Assembly (NCBI RefSeq): GCF_018350175.1
Contig: NC_058368.1
Span: 177,260,001 to 177,324,000, forward strand
Direction: 5' to 3'
Source: Felis catus
Lineage: Eukaryota
DNA: 64,000 nucleotides
The position numbers and the translations under genes were made by a program. The notes beneath the pieces were generated by a model. It was not told the origin of the DNA and did no database searches. It saw nothing but the letters and a program-made list of their open reading frames with translations. Positions 63,197 to 64,000 of the stretch are shown here, piece after piece. Numbering within the stretch: the first letter of the stretch is position 1; each line of letters starts with the position of its first letter.

Positions 63197-63623
63197 TGAT
63201 AAAGACAAAAATTATTCTGACGCTTAAAAGGGCAAGGAGGACTTTATTCAAAATTATTGCAATAGGGATATTGCAGGAGGGGTGAGAGATTGGGCTCAAC
63301 TCCAAACAGAAGGATGCATGGGGGTTTACAACCAAGGACAGGGTGAGGAGGTCAGTGGATAGAAAATTACTAGGAGACATCGAGGGTAGGAGGTTCTTGC
63401 TAAACTGGCCAGGCAGGATTCTTACTAGAGGCAGGCCAAGGAATGAGGGATGAAGAATTTGGGATGAGGAACGGGGGTGAGGAGCTTGGTCAGATATCAA
63501 GGGTTGGGGAGGGTGGGTAGTTCTTGCTAAGCTGGACTCAGCAAGGATGGATGTGGAAGCTCAAGGTTGAGACCATTTGAGAAGAAGGCTCAGAGGGGCC
63601 TGAGTGGAGTTTGATCTTTGTCA
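63197..63623 (-). mobile_element. ERV1 solo LTR, MER31-like
   Basis: TG...CA termini with exact 4-bp TSD AGGG (63193-63196 and 63624-63627). The minus strand starts tgacaaagatcaaactccactcaggcccctctgagcc. Confidence 0.8.
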
Positions 63624-64000
63624 AGGGCGGCTCCCAGGAAGGATCTCAGCTGTGAGCCATCAGCGAGTGTGGGAGTTCTCAGTCCTGCAGGGGGCATCAG
63701 ACCTACCAGTGTCTGAAGTTAAGGTTCCCTTTGCCTGTTGACTGGTTGTCTGGGGGGGATTGATTAAAGACAGGTGAGCTGATCTGTTTTGAGGACAAGG
63801 GTATTTTCTAGCCTTGGCTTTTCCTCAAAAACTCTACCTGGGTAGATTCAAGCAGAGGACTGTTAGGTTGAAGTTGGAAAACAAATAGGGTCATTGGTGT
63901 GATTGGAGCCAAAACTAGAAACTTGGTTACTTCAGCCAACTTCGTTTTAGCCCACGTAGGCTCTGCAAGATAATGAATACACTAAATCGATTGGTGTCTG

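Overview
Mammalian genomic DNA from a carnivore, almost certainly a felid (abundant Can-SINEs of the felid SINEC_Fc type); the species cannot be fixed from the sequence. Positions 1-~20760 hold the 3' half of FBXW11 (beta-TrCP2, an SCF F-box/WD40 substrate receptor) on the + strand. Six coding exons (2875-2993, 4224-4473, 7201-7319, 9148-9258, 10387-10465, 11776-11937 including stop) splice in frame through GT-AG introns and encode the end of WD1, WD2-WD7 and the C-terminus ...[23 protein letters not shown] 6.2-kb intron follows inside the 3' UTR, then a ~2.6-kb non-coding terminal exon with a cluster of AATAAA signals. The remaining ~43 kb appear intergenic: SINEs, MIR/L2/L1 fragments, MLT1/LTR33/MER21/LTR40/MER31-like LTRs, hAT MITEs, microsatellites and a dead ERVL gag-pol relic (~61212-63120, minus strand). 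I see no second gene and cannot support a new coding system; the other supplied ORFs are spurious or repeat-derived. The most interesting signals are regulatory and inferential: two perfect AGGTCA-N5-AGGTCA (DR5, retinoic-acid-response-type) elements, one inside an old ~330-360 bp local duplication; CTCF-like and PBX-HOX/MEIS motifs in unique DNA; a CpG-dense L2 relic; and several 3' UTR features. Repeat family names come from remembered consensus sequences, and most repeat boundaries are approximate.
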